From: Promethearchaeota archaeon
Lineage (GTDB): Archaea; Asgardarchaeota; Lokiarchaeia; Sigyniarchaeales; SOKP01
DNA length: 64,000 nt
Assembly (NCBI GenBank): GCA_048938855.1
Contig: JBHLLT010000015.1
Span: 10,833 to 74,832 of the forward strand
Direction: 5' to 3'
Below are positions 1-10,364 of this stretch, one piece after another. Within the stretch, counting starts at the first letter, position 1; each line of letters opens with the position of its first letter. Under the pieces are notes generated by a model. It made no database searches, was not told where the DNA came from, and was given only the letters and a program-made list of their open reading frames with translations. Made by a program: the position numbers and the translations under genes.

Positions 1-403
1 GCTTTAAAATCTTTAATCTCTTATAGACTAAACGGGTATACCAAATTGCAAAAATAGTTGTAAGGATAATGGTTAATCCTCCAATAAGAAACACACCTTT
101 ATCCAAGGGTTCATCCAAAAAAAAGAAACTTAGAAGTGAGACCCATGAGACATTTTCAGGATTTAAGTAATAAAAAAAAGCATTTCTTAATTCTAGAGGT
201 GTAGGATTTTGATAAAGACTTACCATCAAAGCAAAACCTATAGGAATAAACACAAACAGTATCAACGATAAATATGCGGGTATTAGGAATAGAACATCTC
301 CTATACTCTCTCGTAAAGATTTTTTTTCCGTTTTAGCATGTTTTCGTAGCTTTCTTTTTTTCTTTAAACTAGGTTCAAGTAGTAACTCGTTTTCGATTTC
401 CAA
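1..403 (-). CDS. Carbohydrate ABC transporter permease, N-terminal part (runs off window start)
   Basis: Manual translation from TTG at 403: MEIENELLLEPSLKKKRK...GDVLFLIPAYLSLILFVFIPIGFALMVSLY..., a MalF/UgpA-like first TM motif. Frame is open to the window edge and lies directly downstream of the sugar-binding protein gene. Confidence 0.75.
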   Translation of the reverse strand, partial: MEIENELLLEPSLKKKRKLRKHAKTEKKSLRESIGDVLFLIPAYLSLILFVFIPIGFALMVSLYQNPTPLELRNAFFYYLNPENVSWVSLLSFFFLDEPLDKGVFLIGGLTIILTTIFAIWYTRLVYKRLKILK

Positions 404-483
404 TTAAATCACTTGCTTATAATTTATAAAATTTTGATGTTATTTAATATAAATAAAAAAAAAAAGGAATTAAGTACTAATTT

Positions 484-1902
484 TCATTTTCTCCTTCTCA
501 TCGTATAAACAATGACTCCTAGAATACCTGTTAAGAGTATGCCTAATACTACAGGAACCGCATATCCAGGGATATTAAGTACTTCTGTTCTACCCCACCC
601 AGGCAAAATGTCCTCCCACTCTCGTATTGTGCGTGAAAGAACGGTATCTAAATTAATTTGTCCAGCTAGGTATTGGTCAACATAACCACCAAGTACATTT
701 TCCATTTGCCCATAAAATGGTGAAGGGGATAGTAAATGAGCATTAAGACATTGATTGAAGTAGGGTTCAACATATTGAAATGAAGGAGCTGCCATAAAGG
801 ATGTATTAGTCATTGCACTTAATCTTGCTGGAACGTGATAATTTTCAATCCCAGACTTAGCCATCATTCGTTCAGATGATAAGAACTTAGCTAATAGCAC
901 TGCTTCATCATAATGGTCAGATTGTGAGGAAACCGTATAGTAATTTCCTCCAATTAATGCACCATAGTTATTATCAGCATCATGAGGTACTAACATGAAT
1001 CCAAGATTACTATTTCCATGAATAGTCCCATTGAATTGTGGATAGTTAGTGAGGAGGTTAGTAATTTCCCAAGGTCCGGTCGCTACCATTGCAACTTTTC
1101 CGTTACCAAAATCAGGGATATAATTACCCCAACCTTGTTCTACCCATGGAGGTGTCAAACTTGAATCTGTTAAATTTTTAAGAAATTCCAATGCAAACTG
1201 TGATTTAGCGTCATCAACAGCAATATGTCTGGTATCGTATATGTATCGTTCCACAAATTTAGCACCATGTCCGTAATAATAAGGTTGAGCTCCATAAAAC
1301 ATACCCTGAATTGATAAAGCATAAACACCCGGTGTAGAATTCAATAACACTGTATTACTAGAAAATTCAGGCCACGTCCAAGAAACATTAAACGAGATAT
1401 AATTGGGGTCAATCCCAGCTGTACTAAACAAATCTTTATTAAAAAGGAACATAGGGCAATCTATGGCTTGTGGAAAGCCCCATAATTCTCCACCAAATCT
1501 CATAAGAGCTAGTGATGCTGGAATAAAATCTTCCAAATCTGCCTGAGTAAATTCGGCTGTTAATGGATCAATCAATCCATCATAAGCAAAACGGACAACA
1601 TCATCTCTAGGTGTTCTTAATACATCTGGTTCAGTTCCTGCTATAAACGCAGTTGCAAATTCGTCACCAACGCCAAAAAATCCGTGTTGTGTTGCTGTAA
1701 CAGTTATACCAGGATTTGCTGCTTCAAAAGCGGCTACTTTTTCTAATAATCCTGGTTTTTCAACATCATTCTCAGTATACCAAAATGTTAAAGTCACCTG
1801 AGAAGGTTTTGGTCCATTAGCCACTGCATTCCACGCTAAGGGCATACATAAACTAAAAATTACTAATGTAGCAAGAATAAGTGAATTCTTATATTTTTTC
1901 AA
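484..1902 (-). CDS. Sugar ABC transporter substrate-binding protein (SBP_bac_1/8) with C-terminal Loki-CTERM anchor
   Basis: Signal peptide; TLTFWY...FEAANPGITV, FGNGKVAMVATGPW and GGNYYTVS motifs; C-terminus IPGY + TM helix + RRRK. Confidence 0.9.
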   Translation of the reverse strand: MKKYKNSLILATLVIFSLCMPLAWNAVANGPKPSQVTLTFWYTENDVEKPGLLEKVAAFEAANPGITVTATQHGFFGVGDEFATAFIAGTEPDVLRTPRDDVVRFAYDGLIDPLTAEFTQADLEDFIPASLALMRFGGELWGFPQAIDCPMFLFNKDLFSTAGIDPNYISFNVSWTWPEFSSNTVLLNSTPGVYALSIQGMFYGAQPYYYGHGAKFVERYIYDTRHIAVDDAKSQFALEFLKNLTDSSLTPPWVEQGWGNYIPDFGNGKVAMVATGPWEITNLLTNYPQFNGTIHGNSNLGFMLVPHDADNNYGALIGGNYYTVSSQSDHYDEAVLLAKFLSSERMMAKSGIENYHVPARLSAMTNTSFMAAPSFQYVEPYFNQCLNAHLLSPSPFYGQMENVLGGYVDQYLAGQINLDTVLSRTIREWEDILPGWGRTEVLNIPGYAVPVVLGILLTGILGVIVYTMRRRK

Positions 1903-2171
1903 AATTTTCGCCTTTTTTTTTTAGGTTTTGTTTCATATTTTTTTAATTAAATTTGATTCAAGCTTGCAAATTTGTGCCATTATATTTAATGATTCTTTTT
2001 TTTTTTTATAAGGTATAGATCAGTTAAATCCATCTTGAGGGCTTTTATAAATTTAGACATTTTTTGTTCGTATTGCAGAAAGAAATAAAAATCCAATTTC
2101 ATTTTTCATCAAAATAGTAATGTTCTAATATAAATTAGTTAACTTGAAAATCTAAATTTAAGAATATACTT

Positions 2172-4136
2172 ATGCCAATAGTACTGGGTATTTTGTTCCA
2201 TGGTAATTTTCCTTTTTCTATGCATTATACTATTGCTTATAATAGTTGTTATAAGCATTTACCAATTATTTTACGAGAATTCCCTGAAATACCAGTGAAT
2301 TGGCATTTATCTGCAACACTGTTACAACAATTAGCATGGAAGAATCCAGAAACCTTGAAAATCTTTAGTGAAGGTTTAAATAATAATCAATTTGAACTTC
2401 TGGGTTCTTCATATGCTCAGAATATACTTTATATTTGTTCTGAATGGGTAAACAGGGAACAAATCAAATGGAATCGTTCTATAATATATAAGTTGTTCCC
2501 AGATTTAAAATTCCTGCATGGTTATTGGAATCCTGAAAGAGTTTTTTACGAAGATCTAGTTAATTTACTGGTAGATTATGGTTATAATTACACATTGGTT
2601 GAAAGTGATATTTTGGAGAGTGCATTAGCAACAAATAATAAAACGGCTGATTATTTATGGAAACATAAAATAAAAGATAAGGAGAAAAATTTCTATTTCT
2701 TTCCTGATAATCAAAAATTAAAAGAAAATGTAGACACAGTGATTCAAACAGGTCAAGTTGATGAATTTATTAAATTCTTAGATAATAAGATGGAGTCTGA
2801 TTCCGATAGATTAATAATGTGTTATGCTGAAGATGCCGAAGTATCAGGTTTCTGGCAGATAGCTAAAGGTTTGGATTATAAAAAAGCTCATAATAACTTG
2901 AGATTATTATTAAATGAATTGATGGAGAATGACTGGATTGAGGTTAAACTGTTATCAGAGATGATCAAAAAAGAGAAATCATTTGAATTAGGAACAATAC
3001 CTGCTGGACAAGCTACTTGGATGATAGAAAGTGTAAAAGTAGATGGCTATAAAGATTGGTTTGATTATGTGGAAAAAGCTCCTGAAGTACAATACTATAA
3101 AAAATATTATGAACAAAGAGAAAATCAATTGAAATTACTCCCAAATAATAAGAAAAAAAGAAATCTTATGAAGGAATTATTATCTTTTTATTTATCTCAG
3201 CAATTTGAATTTGGATGTTCACCTGGTTCCTTTGGTACGTTAGATACGCGCTATTTGATGAATGTACCAGGGATGCAGTTATGGGATGATCGTATAACTT
3301 TTGACATAATTTATGACTGGTTAATGTTTGATAAAAAGAATATGAACACGCCTAATTGGAAATTTCGAGGTTCAATGCCAACAATCGAATGGTCTACATC
3401 GAAGTGGATTTGTCAATTTAATCCATTCGGTGGTAGATGTACGTTTTTGGTGAACAAAGATAAAGATTCCATTTTCTCACCAAATCCTTACTTCTCATCA
3501 CAAGATAGAAACGTGTTATTTAATAATATGCCCTATCTGAAAGTTCACATTAATTATCTTGATATTGAAGAAAAGTTAAATTATCATGGGAATCTCTTGA
3601 TGGATAATTGTTATGTTAATAGTAAACCGATTGGGAGTTTAGAAACTTATAAGGTTGAATTAAAACAGAAGAGTAAAGAATACATTGAAAAGAAATCTCT
3701 AAAACATACTTATTTTAACTCTTTAATATTACCCAATAAAAATTCAATATTATTTTGGTATTCGGAGTCAGGAATATTATTAACAAAAGAAATACGTGAA
3801 TATGAGTCTAACTTAAGGATAGATTATAAAATTCGAAATTTATCAAACGATTCTAAAAATATCAAATTTTCTATTACAAACGAATTTTCTCCAAATCCCG
3901 TAACAGTGCTTGATTATGGACGAGATAGTCTAGATATGGTAGAATCGCACGAAAAGAATGGAATTAAGATTGTAACTAGGAATAATCTTACTAATTCTGA
4001 AGTTACAGTTATTAGTAATGTGGAACCTAATAGAATCAAGAAAGTTCCTTCTGAATTTGCTTTACGACACGAATTAATCTATAATTTTACTCTCAATGAA
4101 GGTGGGATAAAAGTTATACCACTCACGATTTTATAA
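2172..4136 (+). CDS. Glycoside hydrolase family 57 (alpha-amylase/4-alpha-glucanotransferase-like)
   Basis: N-terminal FHGNFP, FELLGSSY, WNPERV (nucleophile Glu) and EDAEVSG (acid/base region); C-terminal beta-sandwich; divergent from the sugar ABC genes. Confidence 0.8.
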   Translation: MPIVLGILFHGNFPFSMHYTIAYNSCYKHLPIILREFPEIPVNWHLSATLLQQLAWKNPETLKIFSEGLNNNQFELLGSSYAQNILYICSEWVNREQIKWNRSIIYKLFPDLKFLHGYWNPERVFYEDLVNLLVDYGYNYTLVESDILESALATNNKTADYLWKHKIKDKEKNFYFFPDNQKLKENVDTVIQTGQVDEFIKFLDNKMESDSDRLIMCYAEDAEVSGFWQIAKGLDYKKAHNNLRLLLNELMENDWIEVKLLSEMIKKEKSFELGTIPAGQATWMIESVKVDGYKDWFDYVEKAPEVQYYKKYYEQRENQLKLLPNNKKKRNLMKELLSFYLSQQFEFGCSPGSFGTLDTRYLMNVPGMQLWDDRITFDIIYDWLMFDKKNMNTPNWKFRGSMPTIEWSTSKWICQFNPFGGRCTFLVNKDKDSIFSPNPYFSSQDRNVLFNNMPYLKVHINYLDIEEKLNYHGNLLMDNCYVNSKPIGSLETYKVELKQKSKEYIEKKSLKHTYFNSLILPNKNSILFWYSESGILLTKEIREYESNLRIDYKIRNLSNDSKNIKFSITNEFSPNPVTVLDYGRDSLDMVESHEKNGIKIVTRNNLTNSEVTVISNVEPNRIKKVPSEFALRHELIYNFTLNEGGIKVIPLTIL

Positions 4137-4258
4137 CATAATTTTCTTATTTCCTGTACATGAAAATATTACTATTTTGTTTCCATGGTAGCCATAAAGC
4201 TAAATTAGATGTTTAATTTATACTAAATAATAGAGAATATAACTGAAATTTCTATTCT

Positions 4259-5683
4259 ATGTTTGTTGAATATTTTTATTATCTAAAAGATCGCTTACCA
4301 ATAAGCATCACAGAGTATATGACATTAATGGAAGCCCTTGATAAAGGATTAATCCATAACATGGTTGAGTTTTATTACACCTCTCGCTCAATTTTGTGTA
4401 AAAATGAACATCATTTTGATATCTATGATATTGCCTTTGCAAATTTTTTTAAAGAAGCAATGTTAAAATTCCCTGAGGATATAAAACAAGAAATATGGGA
4501 CTGGCTTAATAAAGAAATCACACTTCCGGAACTTATTGAAGGATTACAACTAATTCTACGTGAATACCAACAATATATTAATATGGATAACTTGGAAGAA
4601 TTCCTTGAGAATATTCTGGAGAAATTTAAAGCAAAATATGGAGATACTAGATTAATTAATGCCCCAAATGAAATAAAAGATGAAATATGGAAATGGTTAG
4701 AGAAAAACTTTGATTTATCTGAGGTTGGTGGTAATTTTCAGGAAATGATGAGTCAGTTTTTTGACCTTGAAGAAATGCAAAAAAGATTCGAAGAATTAAT
4801 GCAAATGCAAAATGAAGAACATAATGGTGGAGATCATTGGATTGGCACTCAGGGTTCATCTGCATTTGGTCATGGAGGACAAAATCCAGCTGGAATGAGG
4901 GTTGGAGGTTCATCTGGCATGCGAATGGCTATGCAAATTGCGCAAAAAAGGATTTTTAAAGATTACCGCAAAGATATTGTTCTCGATACAAGACAAATAA
5001 AAGTTGCTTTAAAACGTCTTAAAAAACTTGAAGAAATAGGGAAAAAAGATGAATTAGACCTGGATAAGACAATTGACAAAACTGCTAAAAATTGTGGGGA
5101 TATTGAAATAGTATTTGATAAAAAAAGGAAAAATAATGTTCGAATGGTTCTCTTAATGGATGTTGGGGGAAGTATGACTCCGTATGCCCACTTAGTTAAC
5201 CTTCTTTTCTCAGCTGCCAATAATATGTCGCATTGGCGTGAATTTAAGTACTATTATTTTCATAATTGTATCTATGAATCACTTTATTTTAATGCTCGAA
5301 GGAATCCAGATGAAGCTATTGAATTTACCGAATTTTTAAAAAAATTTGATAATAAGTATAAAGTAGTACTTGTTGGAGATGCTGCAATGGCAAGTTGGGA
5401 ACTGACTGAGAAATATGGATCTATATATTATTATCATCGAAACGAACTTCCAGGGATATATTATATTAAAGAATTAGCAAATCATTTTAAAAATAATATA
5501 GTTTGGTTAAATCCAGAACTAATAAGACCTGAATGGGCACCTTGGACCCGAAAAATCATAGCAAGTATAATCCCCATGTTTAATTTGACTGTTGAAGGCA
5601 TTGAAGAGGCAATGGATTACCTTCGAAAAAGTGGTAAAAATATGTATACAACAGTCCAGATGTTAAAAGGATTAAATTATTAA
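4259..5683 (+). CDS. VWA (CoxE-like) domain protein
   Basis: HNGGDHWIGTQGSSAFGHGG motif, MIDAS-like DVGGSM, YYFHNCIY and VGDAAM motifs typical of MoxR-associated VWA proteins. Confidence 0.85.
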   Translation: MFVEYFYYLKDRLPISITEYMTLMEALDKGLIHNMVEFYYTSRSILCKNEHHFDIYDIAFANFFKEAMLKFPEDIKQEIWDWLNKEITLPELIEGLQLILREYQQYINMDNLEEFLENILEKFKAKYGDTRLINAPNEIKDEIWKWLEKNFDLSEVGGNFQEMMSQFFDLEEMQKRFEELMQMQNEEHNGGDHWIGTQGSSAFGHGGQNPAGMRVGGSSGMRMAMQIAQKRIFKDYRKDIVLDTRQIKVALKRLKKLEEIGKKDELDLDKTIDKTAKNCGDIEIVFDKKRKNNVRMVLLMDVGGSMTPYAHLVNLLFSAANNMSHWREFKYYYFHNCIYESLYFNARRNPDEAIEFTEFLKKFDNKYKVVLVGDAAMASWELTEKYGSIYYYHRNELPGIYYIKELANHFKNNIVWLNPELIRPEWAPWTRKIIASIIPMFNLTVEGIEEAMDYLRKSGKNMYTTVQMLKGLNY

Positions 5684-5712
5684 GCATTTAAATTCAGGAT
5701 TTTTATTTAAAA

Positions 5713-6243
5713 TTAAGAATTGTAAATTGGTTTTGGTATCTTTTCTGTTAACATAAACTGTAGTATAAAAAAACTTATCAATATCATCATAATTGCTAAT
5801 ATCATTATTATATTTGCCATTCTTTTATCATATACATATTTTGTAGCTTGATAAAGGAGAAAAAATCCAATAGAAAACAAAAACATTAAAATTGAGGCAA
5901 CTATGCTTTCAATTATGAAAGCTTCATGAATATTTTCAGGCCATATGAAAATAGGATTGTCATATGAATCAACTCCAAATGCAGAAGAATCACTAAGAAT
6001 TAAATATACTACACCGGTCTGAAGGACAAATAGAATCGTAAAAATAATTATAAATCCTAATGATCTGGGTGGAAGCGGTAAAGTTAACTTTCGAAATTTT
6101 AATTTGGGAATGATATACTTAGGTTTCCTTATCCACGTTCCGAATATCCACGGTGTTCTCTTTTTTATTTTTTCTAGTATTGTCTCTGATCCTGAAATTT
6201 CTATTCTAATTTCCTTTTTTTTTGGTTTTTCATGCTTCTGCAT
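5713..6243 (-). CDS. OSTC/DC2-like (OST3/OST6 family) oligosaccharyltransferase accessory subunit
   Basis: Three TM helices; colinear similarity to eukaryotic OSTC as recalled: PKLKFRK..LPLP, FVLQTGVVYLI, FIIESIVASILMFLFSIGFFLL, SFFILQFMLTEKIP. Confidence 0.7.
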   Translation of the reverse strand: MQKHEKPKKKEIRIEISGSETILEKIKKRTPWIFGTWIRKPKYIIPKLKFRKLTLPLPPRSLGFIIIFTILFVLQTGVVYLILSDSSAFGVDSYDNPIFIWPENIHEAFIIESIVASILMFLFSIGFFLLYQATKYVYDKRMANIIMILAIMMILISFFILQFMLTEKIPKPIYNS

Positions 6244-6548
6244 TGAATATCAATCTTAAAAGTTTGAATAAAATGTAATTTCTCTTTTTTATCTTTATAC
6301 ATTATACATTCTTATTTAAATCAATAAATACAAAAACTGAGGGAATAAGAGAGAAATCTTAAAAGTATTCACTTTATAGATTGATGAATTTATAAGGGTG
6401 TGTAAATTTAAAGTGAACAAAGTTATTGATAATTCATAAAATTGTTACATTTTCATGACAGAAAGAAAAAGCTATAATCATACTTAAAAATACTCTTGAA
6501 TGTTTATTTAAAAACTCAATTTAAAAAAAATTTAGTAGGAATCTGTGT

Positions 6549-7556
6549 ATGAAAAATAGCCGAAAAGCTCATCTTATTATCTGCATATTAATTCTTTATT
6601 CGGTTATATCAGTTTTTTTATATGTAAATTCTAATCGTTTAGAAGTATCAGAAGATCATAAAACAGATAGTATCTCAGAAATAAATACTTCAGATGAGCT
6701 AATATTAATTAAATCTATAAAAGACCCTCAAAAATCGGAGATTTCAATTTTTATTGAAAACCTTCTGAAAAAAAGTACGGAAATTTTACAATTAATTTCA
6801 ATTAATTGCTTATTTTCATCTGGGATTTTTATTGTAATAAAATTTGTATGCACAAATAAAGAAAACAAGGAAGAAACTCAACTAGATATTAAAGGTGTAA
6901 ATGTTTCTGAAGATGAATATATGATCTTTAATCTGATAGAAGATTTTCTAAATCAGAAAAAAATATTCGATAAAGAAAAGGTTTTTTTTTATGTTAAGTC
7001 AAGAGCGAATAATCACTTGAATAAAAATGGCATAAATTTAGCAATAAACAATTTATTAAAAAAAAACCTTATTATTGAAGGATCACGGCTAACGCGAAGA
7101 ACAGTATTACTTAATATTAATAGAGAGAAAATCTTTAAAATAATTGGGCAATATCCAGGAATTTATAAACATAAGATTTCAAAAATGGTGAATTTAAGTC
7201 AATACGTTACAAATTGGCACTTGACAAAGCTAATAGCATTTGATTTCATCCGAGAACGAAACATAAATGGGCACAAATGTTATTTTAATTATTCATTAGG
7301 AAAAGAAAACGATACTTTATATGTTACTATCAATAAAGAAAAATGTCGAAAAATAATTGAATTTCTACACGAAACAAAGCATAGTTGTACCAAAAATCAG
7401 ATTTCGAAAGAACTTAATATGCATTATAATACAATAGTACGCTATATTAAGGAAATTGAGAACCATAATTTATTGAATCGAATAAAATTGAATAATAGAG
7501 AATTTTTCACTTTAGATAAACAAGAATATCAGCAGATATCAAAACGGCTTCATTAA
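6549..7556 (+). CDS. Membrane-anchored winged-helix (ArsR-like) transcriptional regulator
   Basis: Two N-terminal hydrophobic segments; NREKIFKIIGQYPGIY...WHLTKL and a second HTH (KNQISKELNMHYNTIVRYIKE). Confidence 0.75.
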   Translation: MKNSRKAHLIICILILYSVISVFLYVNSNRLEVSEDHKTDSISEINTSDELILIKSIKDPQKSEISIFIENLLKKSTEILQLISINCLFSSGIFIVIKFVCTNKENKEETQLDIKGVNVSEDEYMIFNLIEDFLNQKKIFDKEKVFFYVKSRANNHLNKNGINLAINNLLKKNLIIEGSRLTRRTVLLNINREKIFKIIGQYPGIYKHKISKMVNLSQYVTNWHLTKLIAFDFIRERNINGHKCYFNYSLGKENDTLYVTINKEKCRKIIEFLHETKHSCTKNQISKELNMHYNTIVRYIKEIENHNLLNRIKLNNREFFTLDKQEYQQISKRLH

Positions 7557-7582
7557 ATATGCAATGGGAAAAAGGAACAATT

Positions 7583-8182
7583 TTATTTTATTATTTTTTT
7601 TAAGTTACTTATTTCTTTAAGAGATTCCCAATTAGTTATAGGATTATCTTTAAGTTCAAGAACTTCTAAGTTAGGTAATTCCAATAATCCTTTTATCTCT
7701 TCAATTTTATTATATGAAAGATTTAAATATTTAAGGTTTTTCAACGTCTCTAAACCTTTAATTTCTTCAATCCTATTATTGCTTAAATTCAGATTTTCGA
7801 GATTAGACAATCCATCAACACCTTCAATATTAACTATTTTGTTATTATTCAAAAGAAGTTCTTTTAACCTATGAAGATGGTTGAGATTCTCGATTTTAGC
7901 GATTTGATTTCCACTTAATTCTAAATCTTCTAAATACTTAAGTGATTCTAATCCACTTATATCAGGAATATGGTTGAATTCCAAATGGAGTTTTCTTAAA
8001 TCAGTTAATTTATCTAACCCTTCAATTGCTTTAATGTTGTTTTTTTCTAAATAAAGAGCTTTTAAATTAGTGTGACGCCCCAACCTTTTAATATCACTTA
8101 TCTTATTTATCTTAAAACTTTCTAAATATAAATTCCCATCGTTGATAAACACTTTCTTTTTATTCACATTTACATAATTCAT
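7583..8182 (-). CDS. Leucine-rich repeat protein (SDS22-like)
   Basis: About seven 22-aa LxxLxLxxNxIxxIEGL repeats. Confidence 0.9.
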   Translation of the reverse strand: MNYVNVNKKKVFINDGNLYLESFKINKISDIKRLGRHTNLKALYLEKNNIKAIEGLDKLTDLRKLHLEFNHIPDISGLESLKYLEDLELSGNQIAKIENLNHLHRLKELLLNNNKIVNIEGVDGLSNLENLNLSNNRIEEIKGLETLKNLKYLNLSYNKIEEIKGLLELPNLEVLELKDNPITNWESLKEISNLKKIIK

Positions 8183-8292
8183 ATAGCTAAGCTATCACTT
8201 TACCTTTATTAGTGAATCTTATAGGATTTATAAAAAAAATGGTATTTTTACTTATAAAATAAAAATTAGAAATCTGAGATTTTAATAATTAA

Positions 8293-9969
8293 TTATTCAA
8301 TTTGCCTTAGATATTTTTCCTCAATAGAAACCTTTAAAGAATCATAGAATATTGATGAAAACTTCTGGTAAAATTCATTTTTCTTTGACATAATGAAATC
8401 TTTTCCTTCAATTTTAGCAATACTATCATACCAAAAGATTTTACCTTCTAAATCTAGATTAAGCTTTTTTCCAGCTTTGACAACAATTCCTGCTTTTACA
8501 ACATAATCTAAGTTTGACAACGCTTTTTTTAAAAGCTGATGTTCTTTTGAAATTTCTATATCATTTATATTTATATCTAAAATATTTATATCACCATCTG
8601 CCCCAGTACCGAGATTACCTTTAATATTGCCTAATCCTAGGGATTTTACTGGACTTACTCTAGAAATAATCACAAATTCTGAAAAGTTTAAAACTTTTTC
8701 ATTATTTTGGAGAGGATTAGTATTTAGAAATTCATTGTTCATTCCATCCATAAAATTCTGGCGAGCCTCAGTACTTACTAACCAAGTTACAATTTCATGA
8801 ATATCTGTAATATTAGCATAATTTGGGAAATTTAAAGCAAAACTAACTTGGTATTTATCTTTAACATTCAGAGCCAAATCAATAGCATTAGCCCATAATA
8901 CACAATCATGATAATTATTTTTACTGAAATTCCTCATTGAAATAAATGAATCTCCTTCAAATTCTATAGCCGAACTTATCAATTTATGAGGATTTCCTAG
9001 AATATCTTCCATTAACATAGAATTTATTATTCTTCTGTCTGAAGTTATTAATGGATTTACTTGATTGAATCCTAAAAATGCTAGATCAATATCAAAACGT
9101 TTATTCTGATTTAAGAAATCAATAAATTTTTTATTATCACCATCGGGTGCATAAGTATTAGCATGAGCAATATGAAATATTTGGTTTCTTTTAAATTTTG
9201 AATCATTCTTTTGATAATCCTCGAAATTTAGAGACTTTATTCTATCTAATAAAGAAAAAAGATTACTTTTCCCAACCTGAGTTTCATATCCTCCTATATG
9301 AGCGTGAATTGAGTGAGGTAAACCTAATCTTTCATTGCATTTAATCAAGCTTTCATAAACATCTAAAGCTGAAAAATTATATAATCTTCCAGACTGTGAA
9401 ATAGTCTCTTTTAATTCCCTAAAATTCCATGCTTCATTCTCAAAAGGATTATATACTTTAAATCCAAAACCATATGTTTTCGATAAAAGATCGGATAAAA
9501 ATATAGCCATATCATCAGTTTTTCCTCTCTGAAACTCAAGTTCTAAAGGCCAGAAGTTACTAACGTTCAATAACATTGCTTTATCGAGAACAGGTAAATG
9601 TCTGAAGTTAAATATTGTCTGTCTTGCTAAGGATGGGAAGACATTTGCTTCAAGAATAAAAGTATATCCATTTGAAAGATAAGCTTTTGCAATACTTTTC
9701 AAAGTAAGGCCATTCCAAATTTCTTTAAATCTAGTATCATTTGTACCTAATAGTCGTGCCCAGTTGACTTGTTGAGATGCTACATGTGTATGAATATCCG
9801 TTGCTGCAGGTATAATTGTTTTATCTTTTGCATCAATTTCTTTAACATCTTTTTGATTGCTAAATTTTTCCACGATTTTGCCAGATTCAATTAGAATATC
9901 TTTAATTTCACCATTAATATTATTTAAAGGATCAAACACTAATCCATTTTTAATAATTAATTTACTCAT
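8293..9969 (-). CDS. fwdA: Formylmethanofuran dehydrogenase subunit A-like amidohydrolase
   Basis: IIKNGLVFDPLN, DIHTHV, GFKVYNP, LGLPHSIHAH and KGNLGTGADGD motifs; in operon with fwdD/B. Confidence 0.88.
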   Translation of the reverse strand: MSKLIIKNGLVFDPLNNINGEIKDILIESGKIVEKFSNQKDVKEIDAKDKTIIPAATDIHTHVASQQVNWARLLGTNDTRFKEIWNGLTLKSIAKAYLSNGYTFILEANVFPSLARQTIFNFRHLPVLDKAMLLNVSNFWPLELEFQRGKTDDMAIFLSDLLSKTYGFGFKVYNPFENEAWNFRELKETISQSGRLYNFSALDVYESLIKCNERLGLPHSIHAHIGGYETQVGKSNLFSLLDRIKSLNFEDYQKNDSKFKRNQIFHIAHANTYAPDGDNKKFIDFLNQNKRFDIDLAFLGFNQVNPLITSDRRIINSMLMEDILGNPHKLISSAIEFEGDSFISMRNFSKNNYHDCVLWANAIDLALNVKDKYQVSFALNFPNYANITDIHEIVTWLVSTEARQNFMDGMNNEFLNTNPLQNNEKVLNFSEFVIISRVSPVKSLGLGNIKGNLGTGADGDINILDININDIEISKEHQLLKKALSNLDYVVKAGIVVKAGKKLNLDLEGKIFWYDSIAKIEGKDFIMSKKNEFYQKFSSIFYDSLKVSIEEKYLRQIE

Positions 9970-9988
9970 TTCTACAATTCCCTAAATA

Positions 9989-10360
9989 TCATTCTTTAAT
10001 TATATTCAATATTTCATTTATTCCAAGAATAAGATCGTTTGTAACCTCAACATCAACACGAATATTTTTATAAACTGGTTCCTCATTAACAATTCCAGTT
10101 ATTTGATTTGCCCAAATTGAGACAGGCATGTTTATGAATCCAACTGGAACATTCTTATCCTCTTCTGGTCTGATGACAACAGAGCCAAAATTATTTATTA
10201 ATCTGAGATTTAACTTTGGAGTTAAGTTTAACTTTTTGAAATCATCAGGATTGATGAATCCAATAGCTAATTTTTCTTTCAAAGAATTAAAATCTCCAAA
10301 AGAATATTCCCTGACTTGATCATTATCTACCCTCCTTATAGTATTTACAATCAGTTTCAT
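9989..10360 (-). CDS. fwdD: Formylmethanofuran dehydrogenase subunit D (molybdopterin dinucleotide-binding domain)
   Basis: INPDDFKKLNL, GSVVIR, PVGFINMPVSIWAN and YKNIRVDVE motifs; operon context. Confidence 0.85.
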   Translation of the reverse strand: MKLIVNTIRRVDNDQVREYSFGDFNSLKEKLAIGFINPDDFKKLNLTPKLNLRLINNFGSVVIRPEEDKNVPVGFINMPVSIWANQITGIVNEEPVYKNIRVDVEVTNDLILGINEILNIIKE

Positions 10361-10364
10361 ATTT

